Assembly (NCBI RefSeq): GCF_009914755.1
Contig: NC_060925.1
DNA: 64,000 bases
Origin: the human T2T-CHM13v2.0 reference genome, Homo sapiens
Strand: one strand, 5' to 3'
Shown in pieces: positions 1 through 18,356 of the stretch. The notes beneath the pieces are model-generated. The model was given only the letters and a program-made list of their open reading frames with translations, was not told the DNA's origin and ran no database searches. Position numbers and translations under genes: made by a program. Every line of letters starts with the position of its first letter. Within the stretch, counting starts at the first letter, position 1.

Positions 1-480
1 AGTTGCTATTTTTTTAGGTTAGTAATTTCTGTGTTATCTCTCAGAGTATCAACAGAATATATCCTTCCTTACAAACTGATTACAGGAAAAAGAGGCAGGA
101 TAACTTCCTGAATCATGTTTATTGCTGCTGTGTATCCTCTACCTCCGATCTCTGGATTGTGGCCCTTTATGAACTTTTCTTATGTTACTCTCTACCCTTA
201 ACCTAAAGACCAGCTCCATGAGTCCACATAAGCAGCAACCTAAAGCCCATAAGCAATCCATGGACCCCCATATCATCCTTGCTTTTCCCCAACTTACTTC
301 TGCTTTGGTGGAACCATTCAGAGAGCTTCCAAATCCAGACTTCAGCTATCTTCTCTACCGCACAAGTTTGAATTAAAACTATTAGCATTCTTTCCTTTAA
401 ACAGCCTTTGATCATGCAGCAAAATTGGCTGTTTTGAAGGACCCATTTTTCAGTCATAACCTCATCCTATTTGCAGATCA

Positions 481-589
481 TTTAGTTACCACAATAATGT
501 TATCACAATATTGAGTTACCACAATACTGTTATCACAATATTGAGTTACCACAATAATGTTACCACAATATTGAGTTACCACAATAATA
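481..589. repeat. 30-bp minisatellite, ~3.6 copies (TTGAGTTACCACAATAATGTTATCACAATA)
   Basis: 30-nt period directly visible at 481, 511, 541 and 571. Confidence 0.95.
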
Positions 590-1444
590 TCTGCTGATTG
601 GTTCAATTTATTTAAGACTGCAGGATTTACAATACTCTGAAGCATATCCACAATCCTTAACAAAAACAAACAAAAACAAAAACAAAAAACAAGAAAACAA
701 AGAATTTTTCACATCTTCTTCCCTACCAGAAGTTCAGTGTTCTTCCAAATATTGCAAGCCTTCAACACTCTCATGATATGAAACTGAAGCCACTTACATT
801 TAATCTATGAGCAATGCGAAAATACTTGAGCAATCATGAGTTCAATCATCGAGATAATACAGTTTAGTCATAGTTAAGAGGGCAGTTGGTGACAAATTCC
901 TTTCTCTGTATTTGAGAAGGATCTCCATATTTGTAATGATGTTCTATCTCTGACAAGCTATGGGTTTATCAACTCTTAATAATTGGATGAATGATTCATA
1001 TAGTATATAAACCAAAACTGATTTCATAGAAGACCCTCCCCCATCCAGGAGATGCAGTCAAATATACTGGCAGCGATAGACAATTCTGCCACTGCCACTC
1101 TGTGAATAGTAGAAGATGGAGAAATGGCTAGGCATGTCTCATCTTTCTCCTTTGATATTTTAGCTGTATTCAAGGGACATTTACATCTCCTGGATAATAA
1201 AGTTTTAATATCAAAATTTAAGTCCCCTGGAGAATAACCTTCCAATATCAGAATTTATTTCAGGCATGAATACATTACCAGAAAATAAAAAAAAATTCTG
1301 CTGTCATTTTTTATTTCATTTTGATAAATTATTTACAGGAAAGAAATAGTTTAGTTTCTCTTGCTAAGGGTATAAAAATCTAAGATCATGGATGGGAGGA
1401 GTTACACAATTGTTCCATAACTTTGCTGTCTTCCTGGGGCATAG

Positions 1445-1685
1445 AACAGTATGATGAAGCCAACACTAGTAAAGTTTTAAGTGACTCAAACCAATGCCAT
1501 TTTTTATTGTTACCTTTCAAACTACTTCACTTTCTTAGCCTTTCACAAGATTATAACATCCTTCAGCTCAATTTTTTGGATAGTTTTAATGATTTATTAT
1601 TCTGTTAGTACAAAACTGTTATTTCTACATTTTCTGGAGGAAAAAAAATCAAAGTCTAGAATACTGCAAAAGAAGTTCCAGAGAG
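1445..1685 (+). pseudogene. Exon-1-like segment, copy A (GT donor retained at 1686)
   Basis: ctttcttagcctttcacaagattataacatcc...agaagttccagagag|GTGACA aligns with PYHIN1 ttttcttagcatttcaggagattataacatcc...agaaattcccagtaag|GTGAGT. Confidence 0.8.
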
Positions 1686-1733
1686 GTGACACCTGTGGGG
1701 ATTTGCATAAAAATTTGGGAACTCCTTTGTTAA

Positions 1734-2064
<331 letters not shown>

Positions 2065-2806
2065 AGGTACTTTCTTTTTCTTCCTTTTTTCTTACATTTT
2101 TCTTTAGTATATCTTGTCATGCTTAAGCCTGAACAAAACACTTTATCTGTTCTACCTAAAAGTAACTCCACTAATTACTTACTCAAATGAATATATTGAG
2201 AATTCACAACAATTAAACTTTTGCTTCCACAAGGGATACTTTATCAATGTAACAGTGTCTCTGACCACTAAAAGTTTTCCTATTGTGTTGTTCTGTGGAA
2301 GAGAGAGAATGTATTGTACGTAACAGCAAGCGGTTGGGTTCATGGTTTGCTGATCAAGACTCCTTTATACTTCTTACCCTTGCTCACTAAACTATTAACG
2401 TTTCTTCCACATGTCATGCTCCTTTCTTAAAGATTTTTATCATGATTCTTTCACCTGCAAACTTCCTATTGGTTAAAACTATCCTTGAATACCAGTGTTA
2501 ATGTCTCTTGTTCAGAAATACTTCCTTAGATCTCCTCCCAGGCTAGGAAAAAATATTACCTAGCGTTTACATATGTATGATCTTATATTTTCTTCTGCCA
2601 CTTATCACTGTAGTTAAGGATATTTGTCTTTTCGAGACTACAAGTCTCAAGAGTAAGAGTTCCCTGAGTGCCTTTTAAACCACTTTATCACAGTGGCTAT
2701 TTCAGTACTTGCTTCAGAGTAGGCTCTGAGTAAGTACAATTACCCCATAGCATAATGAATAGCAAGGAACAAAATCAAGTACCAGTAATTGTTTCTATGA
2801 AAAAGA

Positions 2807-3119
2807 GGCCAGGCACAGTGGATCACACCTGTAATCCCAGCACTTTGGAGGCCAAGGCAGGTGGATCACTTGAGGTCAGGAGTTCGAGACCAGCCTGACC
2901 AACATGGAGAAACCCTGTCTCTACTAAAAATACAAAATTAGCTGGCAGTGGTGGCATATGCCTGTAATCCCAGTGACTCAGGAGGCTGAATCAGGATAAT
3001 TGCTTGAACCTGGGAGGCGGAGGTTGCAGTGAGCCGAGATCACACCATTACACTCCAGCCTAGGCAACAAGAGCAAAAACTCCATCAAAAAAAAAAAAAA
3101 AAAGAGAGAGAGAGAGAGA
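2807..3119 (+). mobile_element. AluS with poly-A/(GA)n tail
   Basis: ggccaggcacagtggatcacacctgtaatcccagc start, full dimer, A tail. Confidence 0.95.
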
Positions 3120-3665
3120 TTCATAAGCTGCCTGACAAAAATTTCCAAATAATTGTTTAAAGACACACAGCATATTTCCAGGAATACAGAGAAACAATTC
3201 AATGAAATAAGAAAAACAGCAAATGACCAAGACCAAAATAAGTAATATAGCACAGAGATTAAAATTAAAATTAAACACAATCTCTGGAGCTGAGAAATAT
3301 AATGAATGAATTGAAGAAAATGTAGTAGAGAACATCAACAGCAGTACTGACAAAGGAGGAGGAAGAAAGTGTAAAACTGAGCACCAGTTATTTGAAAATA
3401 TATAAGAGAACTAAAAGAAAAAAGGAATTCAAAGGAATAAAGAATGCTTAAAGGATTCATGGAACAGCGTCAATAGAGCAAATATCTAAATATAATATAA
3501 GAAGAACAGTGAGAAAAAATGGAAAGGTTATTTTTTAAAATAATAGCAAAAAGCTTTTTAAATCTGGAGAAAGTTGTAAAAATCCAAGTAGAAGGTGAAA
3601 GACTCCAACTAAATTCATTTCAATCAAGACTACACCAAGATGCATTATAATCAAACTTATAGAAG
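3120..3665 (+). mobile_element. Old L1 (L1M) ORF1-region fragment
   Basis: A-rich degenerate ORF1-like sequence (gaaacaattcaatgaaataagaaaaac; gactacaccaagatgcattataatcaaac). Confidence 0.7.
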
Positions 3666-3667
3666 TT

Positions 3668-3935
3668 TGATGTGCCCATGCGTTCTCATTTAGCTCCCAC
3701 TTATAAGAGAACATGTGGTATTTGGTTCTCTGTTCCTGCATTAGTTTGCTAAGGATAATGGCCTCAAGCTCCATCCATGTCCCTGTAAAGAGCATGATCT
3801 CATTCATTTTTATGGCTGCATGGTATTTCAAAGTGTGTATATACCACATTTTCTTTATCCATTCTATCATTGATGGGCATTTAACATGATTCCATGTCTT
3901 TGGTATTGTAAATAGTGCTGCAATGAACATACACA
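3668..3935 (-). mobile_element. L1PA/PB 3' fragment
   Basis: Minus-strand ORF gives the ORF2 C-terminal motif [14 protein letters not shown]...WIKKMWYIHT. Confidence 0.9.
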
Positions 3936-3949
3936 TTCATTCTTCTTTT

Positions 3950-5300
3950 TCAATAAGATATTTACACAAGGAAAACTGCAGTTTCCCTGACAAAGTAGAA
4001 AGCTATGAAAATTTATGGAAGGAGTCTCAAAATTGCTTCTCTTCTCTGGGAGGAGACAGTAAATGGGTTTGAGAGCTATTTCACAGCACAGCATGAAATA
4101 GTTGGCACTAACCAACGTAAGTGACCCAAACTAGTGAGGTTTTTTTTGTTATCTTTCAAAATATTTTATTTTTTTAGCCTTTCACAAGTTTATAACATCC
4201 TGCAGTTTAGTCTCTGGAGAGTTTTATCAATTTTTTTATCTATTCTTACAAGGCAAATAGTGATTCCTGCACTTCTGAAGAAAATATCAAGATATAGACT
4301 ACCATGAAAGAAGTTCGAATGAGCAAAAAGCTGTGGGGATTTCTGTAGAGAAAGATCTGGGTACCTACTTAGTAATCACAAAATCACAGAAGCATTTTGT
4401 CTTAATTAACACACTTTTCTCTTGTTCCTCTTTTGCTCTATTTTCTATAACTCATGATTTGAACTTCAAAATAGCATCTCATTTCATCTTCTACCAAAAA
4501 TAATTCTGATTATTATTTACTCAAATGCATATATTGATAATTAACTATATTTTAATATTCTGCTTCTACATGGGATACATGGTGAATTGATATATTTTGG
4601 GCCTCAAGAAGTTCTCTTTCACTTTTCATGGGGAAAATCAAAGATGTGTAGCATCCCTAGCAATACATGTGAGCACAGCGGTGGGTTCGTTGTCTACTAC
4701 TGGAGTTTCTTTCACACTTTTCCCTTCACTTTCTAATCCATTAAAGTTTCTTCAACATCCTTCTTCTACTTAGGAGTTTTATAAACCATGTTTCTCTACC
4801 TGGAAGTCTCCTAAATTGGTCAAATCATTTCTTCCTCAGGCTAGAAGTCTTCCTGATGTTCATATGTGTAGGACCTTGGGATTTTTTCTACTATAATACT
4901 TATGACAATTGTAATTAGTGAATTAATGTCATTTCACTGGCACTATAAGTTTCAAGAGTAGGAGTACACTGTCAGCCTTTTAAAAACCCACTTCATCCAA
5001 GTGACTAGGACAATATCTGTCTCATATTACACTCTCAATAAACACAATGACCCATTAAAACAATGAGTACCAATTACCAAAATAAGAATCTTCAGGGTCC
5101 AATGAAGCATAAGTGAAGATCATCTAATTCAGGAAATGGAATAATGTATAAATTGAGGTGAAAAGAATGTCCAACCACAAACATAGAAGTAGAAGAAAAG
5201 GGAAGAGAGTTGAAGGATTCGGGAAAATCCCAGAAGAAGGAAAAGAACACATTAACATCTAGAGATAATATGTGTTGCATTTTATAATTGAATGATTTTT
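3950..5300 (+). pseudogene. Second tandem copy (B) of PYHIN proximal promoter/exon 1 plus downstream intronic module
   Basis: 3950-4395 aligns to 30525-30930 and to 1325-1750 (ttagcctttcacaagtttataacatcc). The donor GT is lost. 4410-5300 aligns to 2066-2790 and 38338-39580. Confidence 0.8.
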
Positions 5301-6271
5301 ATTAGTTTTTATTGAATTTTTCTGCTCTGAAATATGAATTTTCTAGTCTCTTATTATGTCCCCCAGATATCAGAGATAGTCTAACAACTCAGTTAAATAT
5401 CTCTCACCATCTGAAAAAGAAAATACTTTCTTTTTATTTACACTTAAGAAAGGATAAAAATTTTGATGGGCTGGAGTAACAAAAAGTGGGCACTGAGATC
5501 CTGCAGAACAATTGGCAGCTATTCCAGGAGAACACATAGGGTTCCATTCAGGGTGGCCACACTGGCCCTACCTATTTTGAGCCTGACTGAAATAGGGTTG
5601 CCACATACTCATCCCAACCAAGGCCACCAGCCCCAGCATCCCCTACAAATATTTGTTGGGAGCAATAAGCGGGTAGTGTGGGACACAATGGTGGTATCCC
5701 TTGCCTTGGCCTTGCCTCTGCCCCCTGCCCCTTGCTGCTAGTTATTTCACCACTGCTGATGAAGGTTGGCCTGACTCTCCCAACCCTCTAAGCCATGGGA
5801 AATAAATTGGCATGTCTAGCCCTACCACTGTCTCACTTCCATCCCCCATGGGGTACTCTTCAGCCCCTCATAGTGAGCAGCCCACGACTACACTACCAGA
5901 GGTCCTACCAGGCTATTAAAGGAGAATGTTTCTGCAATAAAAGCAATAATAATAAAGAATTACAAAGAAAGATCAAGCAGGAAGAAGTGAGCCTTCCATA
6001 CCAGACTACAGAGCAAGCAATTTTTCCTAAAGAAAATGAGGAATTATTGAAGATTATCAATCATGGTAGAATCATGGCTTTATAGAAAGATAACTGGCTT
6101 TAAAGAACTGATTAGAGTAATTAAGCCTGGAAGGAGAAAAGCCAAGCAACTGTTAAAATAATCTCAGTCATTAAAGACTGTGATTTTGTACCAGGGAGCA
6201 GGTAGAAGTCCAGCAAAAGGACAGGAATATGGACATTTAGGACACAAATAACATGGTGCAGCACCAAGTAG

Positions 6272-6331
6272 GCACCCACCGCAAGCAACACTCTCACATT
6301 TCAAAGAGCAGAGGAGATACCTGAATCTCAG
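6272..6331 (+). pseudogene. Remnant of PYHIN exon 3 (3' half)
   Basis: Translates APTASNTLTFQRAEEIPESQ vs PYHIN1 ACTPSNRLTAKGAEETLGPQ (10/20 identical). Donor reads GC instead of GT. Followed by ~170 nt matching PYHIN1 intron 3. Confidence 0.85.
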
Positions 6332-6463
6332 GCAAAGTTGAAGAGGAGGAGCAGACTTAAAGCTCCACAGAATAAATTGCTATGGCTCATCCATTCAATC
6401 TCTCCATCAGGCAGCTATTTATTCATTAGTTTCCATCATGTTTCAAATTGACCAAATTGCCTA

Positions 6464-13590
<7,127 letters not shown>

Positions 13591-15237
13591 ACTAATAATT
13601 AACTACTTAATCAAATGTATATATTGAAAATTCACTACATTTTAATCTTTGGCTTCCCCAGGAACACTTGATGAACTTAACATAATCTCTGACTGCAGAA
13701 AGCCTTCTCTTCTGTGTAGTTCCAGGGGAGGGAGAGAGAGGTGTACAGTCCAGAATAGTATAGGTGAATATAGCTGTGGGCTCACTGTCTACTCCTCCTG
13801 TCTGTTTAACACCTCTTTTCTTTGCTCACTAATCTGTTCAAGTTTCTTTGACACACAGCATGCTCCTTTCTTCTTCAGGATTTTCGGACACCATATTTCT
13901 TTCACCTTAAAACTCTTACTTCTCCAACCCTATCCACTCTCTGGATACCAATATAGACATATCGTACTCAGGAAATCCTCACTTAGACCTCTGTAGCCTA
14001 GGTAAAATCTTCATGGTGCACCCTTTGTGAGGAACTTCTTTCTTTTCTACTATTTATGACAATTGAAGTTAATAAATATTTTATTTCCCTCCTTACTCCG
14101 AGTTCCAATGTTAGTCTACTTTCTCAGTCTGTGGACCACTATATTCTAGGGGCTATTTCGGTGTCTGCCTCATAGGAAGCTCCCAATAAATATACTTACT
14201 CAATTAAAAAAAATGAAAACTAAGTCCTGAGTTATGACTCAGTCCAACTAAGGAAAGGACCAAATGAAGATCATCTGACATAGGCAAGAAGTTGATACCT
14301 ATTATGAGACCAGCTTTAATATATGCATGCATCTGGGACTAACAACTAATTGAAATTCCAATGAAATTTATTCCAAAAATAAGTGTTCTATATTTATTTG
14401 ATAGGTAAAGAAAGGGGATAGACTAGCATAGGCCACAAGCAATGAAAGCACAACACCAGCCACAATTTAAAGATGCTCTATTCCTCTTTTTCTTATATTA
14501 TATTTTGTCTTAATGCATAACTCTTTCAGAAAGAGTAGGAAATGCAAAGAACTAGTCAATCAAACTGAAAATAATTAAATTTAAATTATCTGAAACTCCA
14601 GCATCCATATTATGCCCCTCTCAGATTTATTTTTAGGTAAATACATGCATTTTTTTCTGAAAATGGTTTTAAACAATATATTGTCCTATTATATCTCTGT
14701 GAATAGTTGCATAATTTGCTTTATTTTCTGTATTCATCTTTTAATTGCTTGTGAGGCTGAATATCACTGTTACTATTAATATTCTCATGGATGAATTTAC
14801 TGTTACTGATTAACTTGCATTGGGAAAGGTGTTAGGCTGAATGGGTCACATAGATGAGAAGTCAGATACAGTTAAGTCCGATCAACTCACAGGTGATCAC
14901 TGTGTATAGTATCTGAGGTCAGACCACACCAGGAGCTACCGGTTTGTAGATGAGGCTAACCCATGCCTCCAGCACTTTTTCTTATAAACAACCTTCCCTT
15001 CATTAATGTATTATGCTGCAATTCACAGGGACCTAGATGTCATCAGGAAAGGACTTTAAAGATAATCCACTCTGACCCTTGGTTTTCTGTAAACATGCTA
15101 CCTCCTAGAGCCCTGACATTAGGAAATACTGCATTGCTGGCAAAAAGGATAGTGAGGGAGGGCCCTCTGAGAAGGTCTAGCCTAAGGTATATGTATATCT
15201 GTACAGTACTAGGAGTTGCTGTCCTGCATCTTGTTTT

Positions 15238-15400
15238 CGTTTGCTTGTTTTAGAGAGGAAGTCTCACTAAGTTCTCTGGCTAGAGTGCAGTGGCTATCCA
15301 CAGGCATGATCATACTGCACTGCAGCCTGAAATTCCTGGACTCAAAGGATTTTCCCACCTCACTGCTGAGAGTAGAGGCATGCCCCATCATGCCTGGCTA
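15238..15400 (-). mobile_element. Fossil Alu monomer (FAM/FLAM-like) with TSD CATCTTGTTTT
   Basis: 7SL-like agtgcagtggctatccacaggcatgatc; TSD at 15227-15237 and 15401-15411. The empty site is present in PYHIN1 intron 5 (~42790). Confidence 0.8.
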
Positions 15401-15498
15401 CATCTTGTTTTTAATCTGTCACAGTCTTTTTCTCATATGTACAGCAGTTACTATGTTCTCAGGAACTGAATATTTAGTTTTCACTAAATGATAATTTT

Positions 15499-15665
15499 AT
15501 CTATAAAATTCAGGATATAGGAAATAACAATATCCTGCAGAGAGGAAAATGTCACAATATCTCCTGCAAGAAAAGAGATAAGTTTCAACTCTCCTTCTTT
15601 CAACTGAAAAAAAAAAAAAGAACCAGAGGTCAAAACTGACTTTTTAAATGCATAGTTTATCCAAG
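15499..15665 (+). pseudogene. HIN-domain exon-6 remnant #1
   Basis: IYKIQDIGNNNILQRGKCHNISCKKRDKFQLSFFQL vs PYHIN1 [37 protein letters not shown]. Frameshift in a poly-A run, then SKLTF*MHS. Acceptor and donor are degenerate. Confidence 0.9.
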
Positions 15666-18356
15666 CGAGAGTCAGATGTGGTTATCCCTAATATAACTAA
15701 TACGTTATATGCATTACGGACATTTTCTTACAGTGTTTGCTGTGTATTTTCACTGTGTTTACTTTTCCGTGAAAGGCAAAGTAAACACAGTGAAAATACC
15801 AGTTTTACAAAGAGGAAATTAATTTGCTTTAAGCTTTAGGAAAACCAGATTTTTGTTGTTTTATATTTAGATTCCAAGCAGAAGGAATGAGAAACCAAAT
15901 GATGCCCTTGTACTCACATTTAAACAGAGAAACTTATTAAAATATATTAGTAGAATGACATTTATTATAGGTTTCTGAAAGATATGAAACTTGTACTAAC
16001 TAATAAAATATTTGAGGAAATTAAGAGGTCAGGAAACTAATTTAACATCGTGGTCAAAAAGATAGACTTCCTCTACATCTGGCTCATTAGTTACATGAGA
16101 TGGGAGAAATAGCTTAAATATTCATCATGAGATCGGTTTAAAAGCCAAGAAGAAAAACTTGATTAAATTTGATTGCATGCAAATTCTAAATGTCTTTATT
16201 TTAAAAAAAGGCAAAGTAAACACAGTGAAAATATACAGCAAACACTGTAAGAAAATGTCTCTAATGCATGTAACTAATACAGGGTATGTATTCACAGTAT
16301 GGGGATGACCACATAGTCTCTTATTTGAACAGCCCATTTGCAAAATGGGCAAAAGATCTGAATAATCACTTTATTCAAATGTCAAATACACATGATCAGA
16401 TGCTCAACATTACCAGCAATTAATGACTTCCAGAGCATCAACCTATATGGTACAAGATATTAGCCAAGAACAAGAGAGGATGTTTAACAGCGAAAAATAA
16501 TTTATTGTGACTTTTACAGGAGCTTGAATGCCCTCATTGGAAGAGTCAACATTAATAAAATCTGAATTATTACCATTAATATGGCCATGTCATTTTTATC
16601 GGCAGGTGCTAGAGAAATGCTACTTATACATGTAGCATTTACAATTAATATATGTAGCATTAAACAATTATCAGGAACATTCTGTCTATTAAAATGTAAT
16701 CTTCCTTCAACCCTATTATCCACTTACATTTATATATTAAAACACATTATATATGACAAATTTAATACTCAGCTATTTCTTTGAAGTTTTGCTTTCATTA
16801 TATAAATGTAAAATTTGCATTTCAGTCCCTAATATCTTATTGCTTAAAAATGTTTTATAGTATTTGTTATAGGGTAAAATTTATACACAAAGAAAATTCA
16901 TGCAAATCTATTTGGTGGCTTCATGACCTCAGGAGTGCACACCCTGTAGTTTGAGAAGTGTAGTGTTGTACTATGCATAATAGCTAACTACTAAATATTA
17001 TATTACTGTTTACAAAATGCTTTCACATGGAGTCTCAAAGATGAAAAGAAAAAACAAAACATTCAGGGACAACTACTTATCTCTGGAATGAGATGATAAT
17101 TACTTTAAGTACTCAGCATGGAATGCCTGATATACACTTGCTATTTATTGTAATCTTCCAAAGATCACATTTTCAATTAGGTAGATGACTTACCTGAGGC
17201 CACACTGCTAGTAAAAGGACTGAACTCAAGTTTTCTGAATGCAGGTGCTCCGTTCTTTCTTTTGCCAACTGCCTTCTTACAATACAGAGTGCAATGGCGT
17301 TTTTTTTTTATTTAAAAAAAAAGAAATAAAGAAAAACAAGGTTGGCGTTATTGGCTGTGATTTGGAAGGCACCAACCCAAACATCAAGTCCTATTATAAT
17401 TGAAGTATTAGCAATTATTTTATTTTCCTAAGTCATTTATCTCTCTTCAGCTAGAATATCTGCACAGCTTGATCCCTCACTTTTTTTAGATTTCTGCTTA
17501 ATTGACCACTCCTAAGCTTGACCTTCAGTGAACAAATGCTGCAAAATGGCACATGACACCATAAGTCTCTATTACCTTACATGACTTGCATTTCTTCATA
17601 GCAGTTATCTACTTGACATTATGGTATATAAGCTATTGCTATTCATTTATTTTTTAATTGGCAGCCTGCTGAAATAGAACAGATTGTGGGCAAGGACTTT
17701 GCTATTCATTTCTGTACTCCTACCACCTAGAATAGTATTGCACATACTATAGGTATTATATAAACATTTTAAAAAGAAATTTGTGTTAAATCAACTGTCT
17801 AGACATGCCTGCCTAAGAATGCAACCCTGAGAATCTCCATTTACTAGGCTTTATTGATACATTTGGTGTTAGTAATCTAGGGCCAGAGTTAGTTGAGCAT
17901 GGATACCAAGTGTCTTCATTGTACATTCTCCAAGAGGGATTTCCAAGCCAGAAATAGCATAGATGAAAAACAGAACAAACCACTAAACCATGTCTACTTG
18001 TGGAATAATTTCAAAACGGAAAAAGTTGAGAAGGCTTTTCAAAATCTAAGATATTATGCCAAATATATAGCACTACACAGAATCAAGGTAGGAAGCTTAG
18101 AAACTTGTATCTCCAGAAGGAGTAATCCAACTTTCTATGGTTGCACTGTGCAAGTTACTCTAGATTCCAAGAAGGAAGTAAAACATGGTGTACTGCAGGG
18201 AAACTCAAAGTAATTGAGTTTGTTTGAATTTTCAGACTAAGCTGATAGAAAAACATGGTTTATTTTAAAGGTTCTGCTATCAGTTATTTTTTCATCATAA
18301 TTTAACTGGTGAATCTGATATTTATTTAGGCTCTGAGTGTATTTTTATTCAGGTTA

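Noticed and set aside
481-589. Regularly spaced repeats resembling a CRISPR array
   Set aside because: Head-to-tail tandem units with no unique spacers, in mammalian DNA, and no cas genes.
5460-5915. GC-richer block with ORFs 5463-5741 and 5795-6085, in the position where a PYD exon might be expected
   Set aside because: No PYD similarity in any listed frame; probably an old LTR-type fragment that I cannot name.
17893-18213. 106-aa ORF between the two HIN remnants
   Set aside because: No PYD, HIN or other recognisable motif, and no clear splice context; likely a chance ORF.
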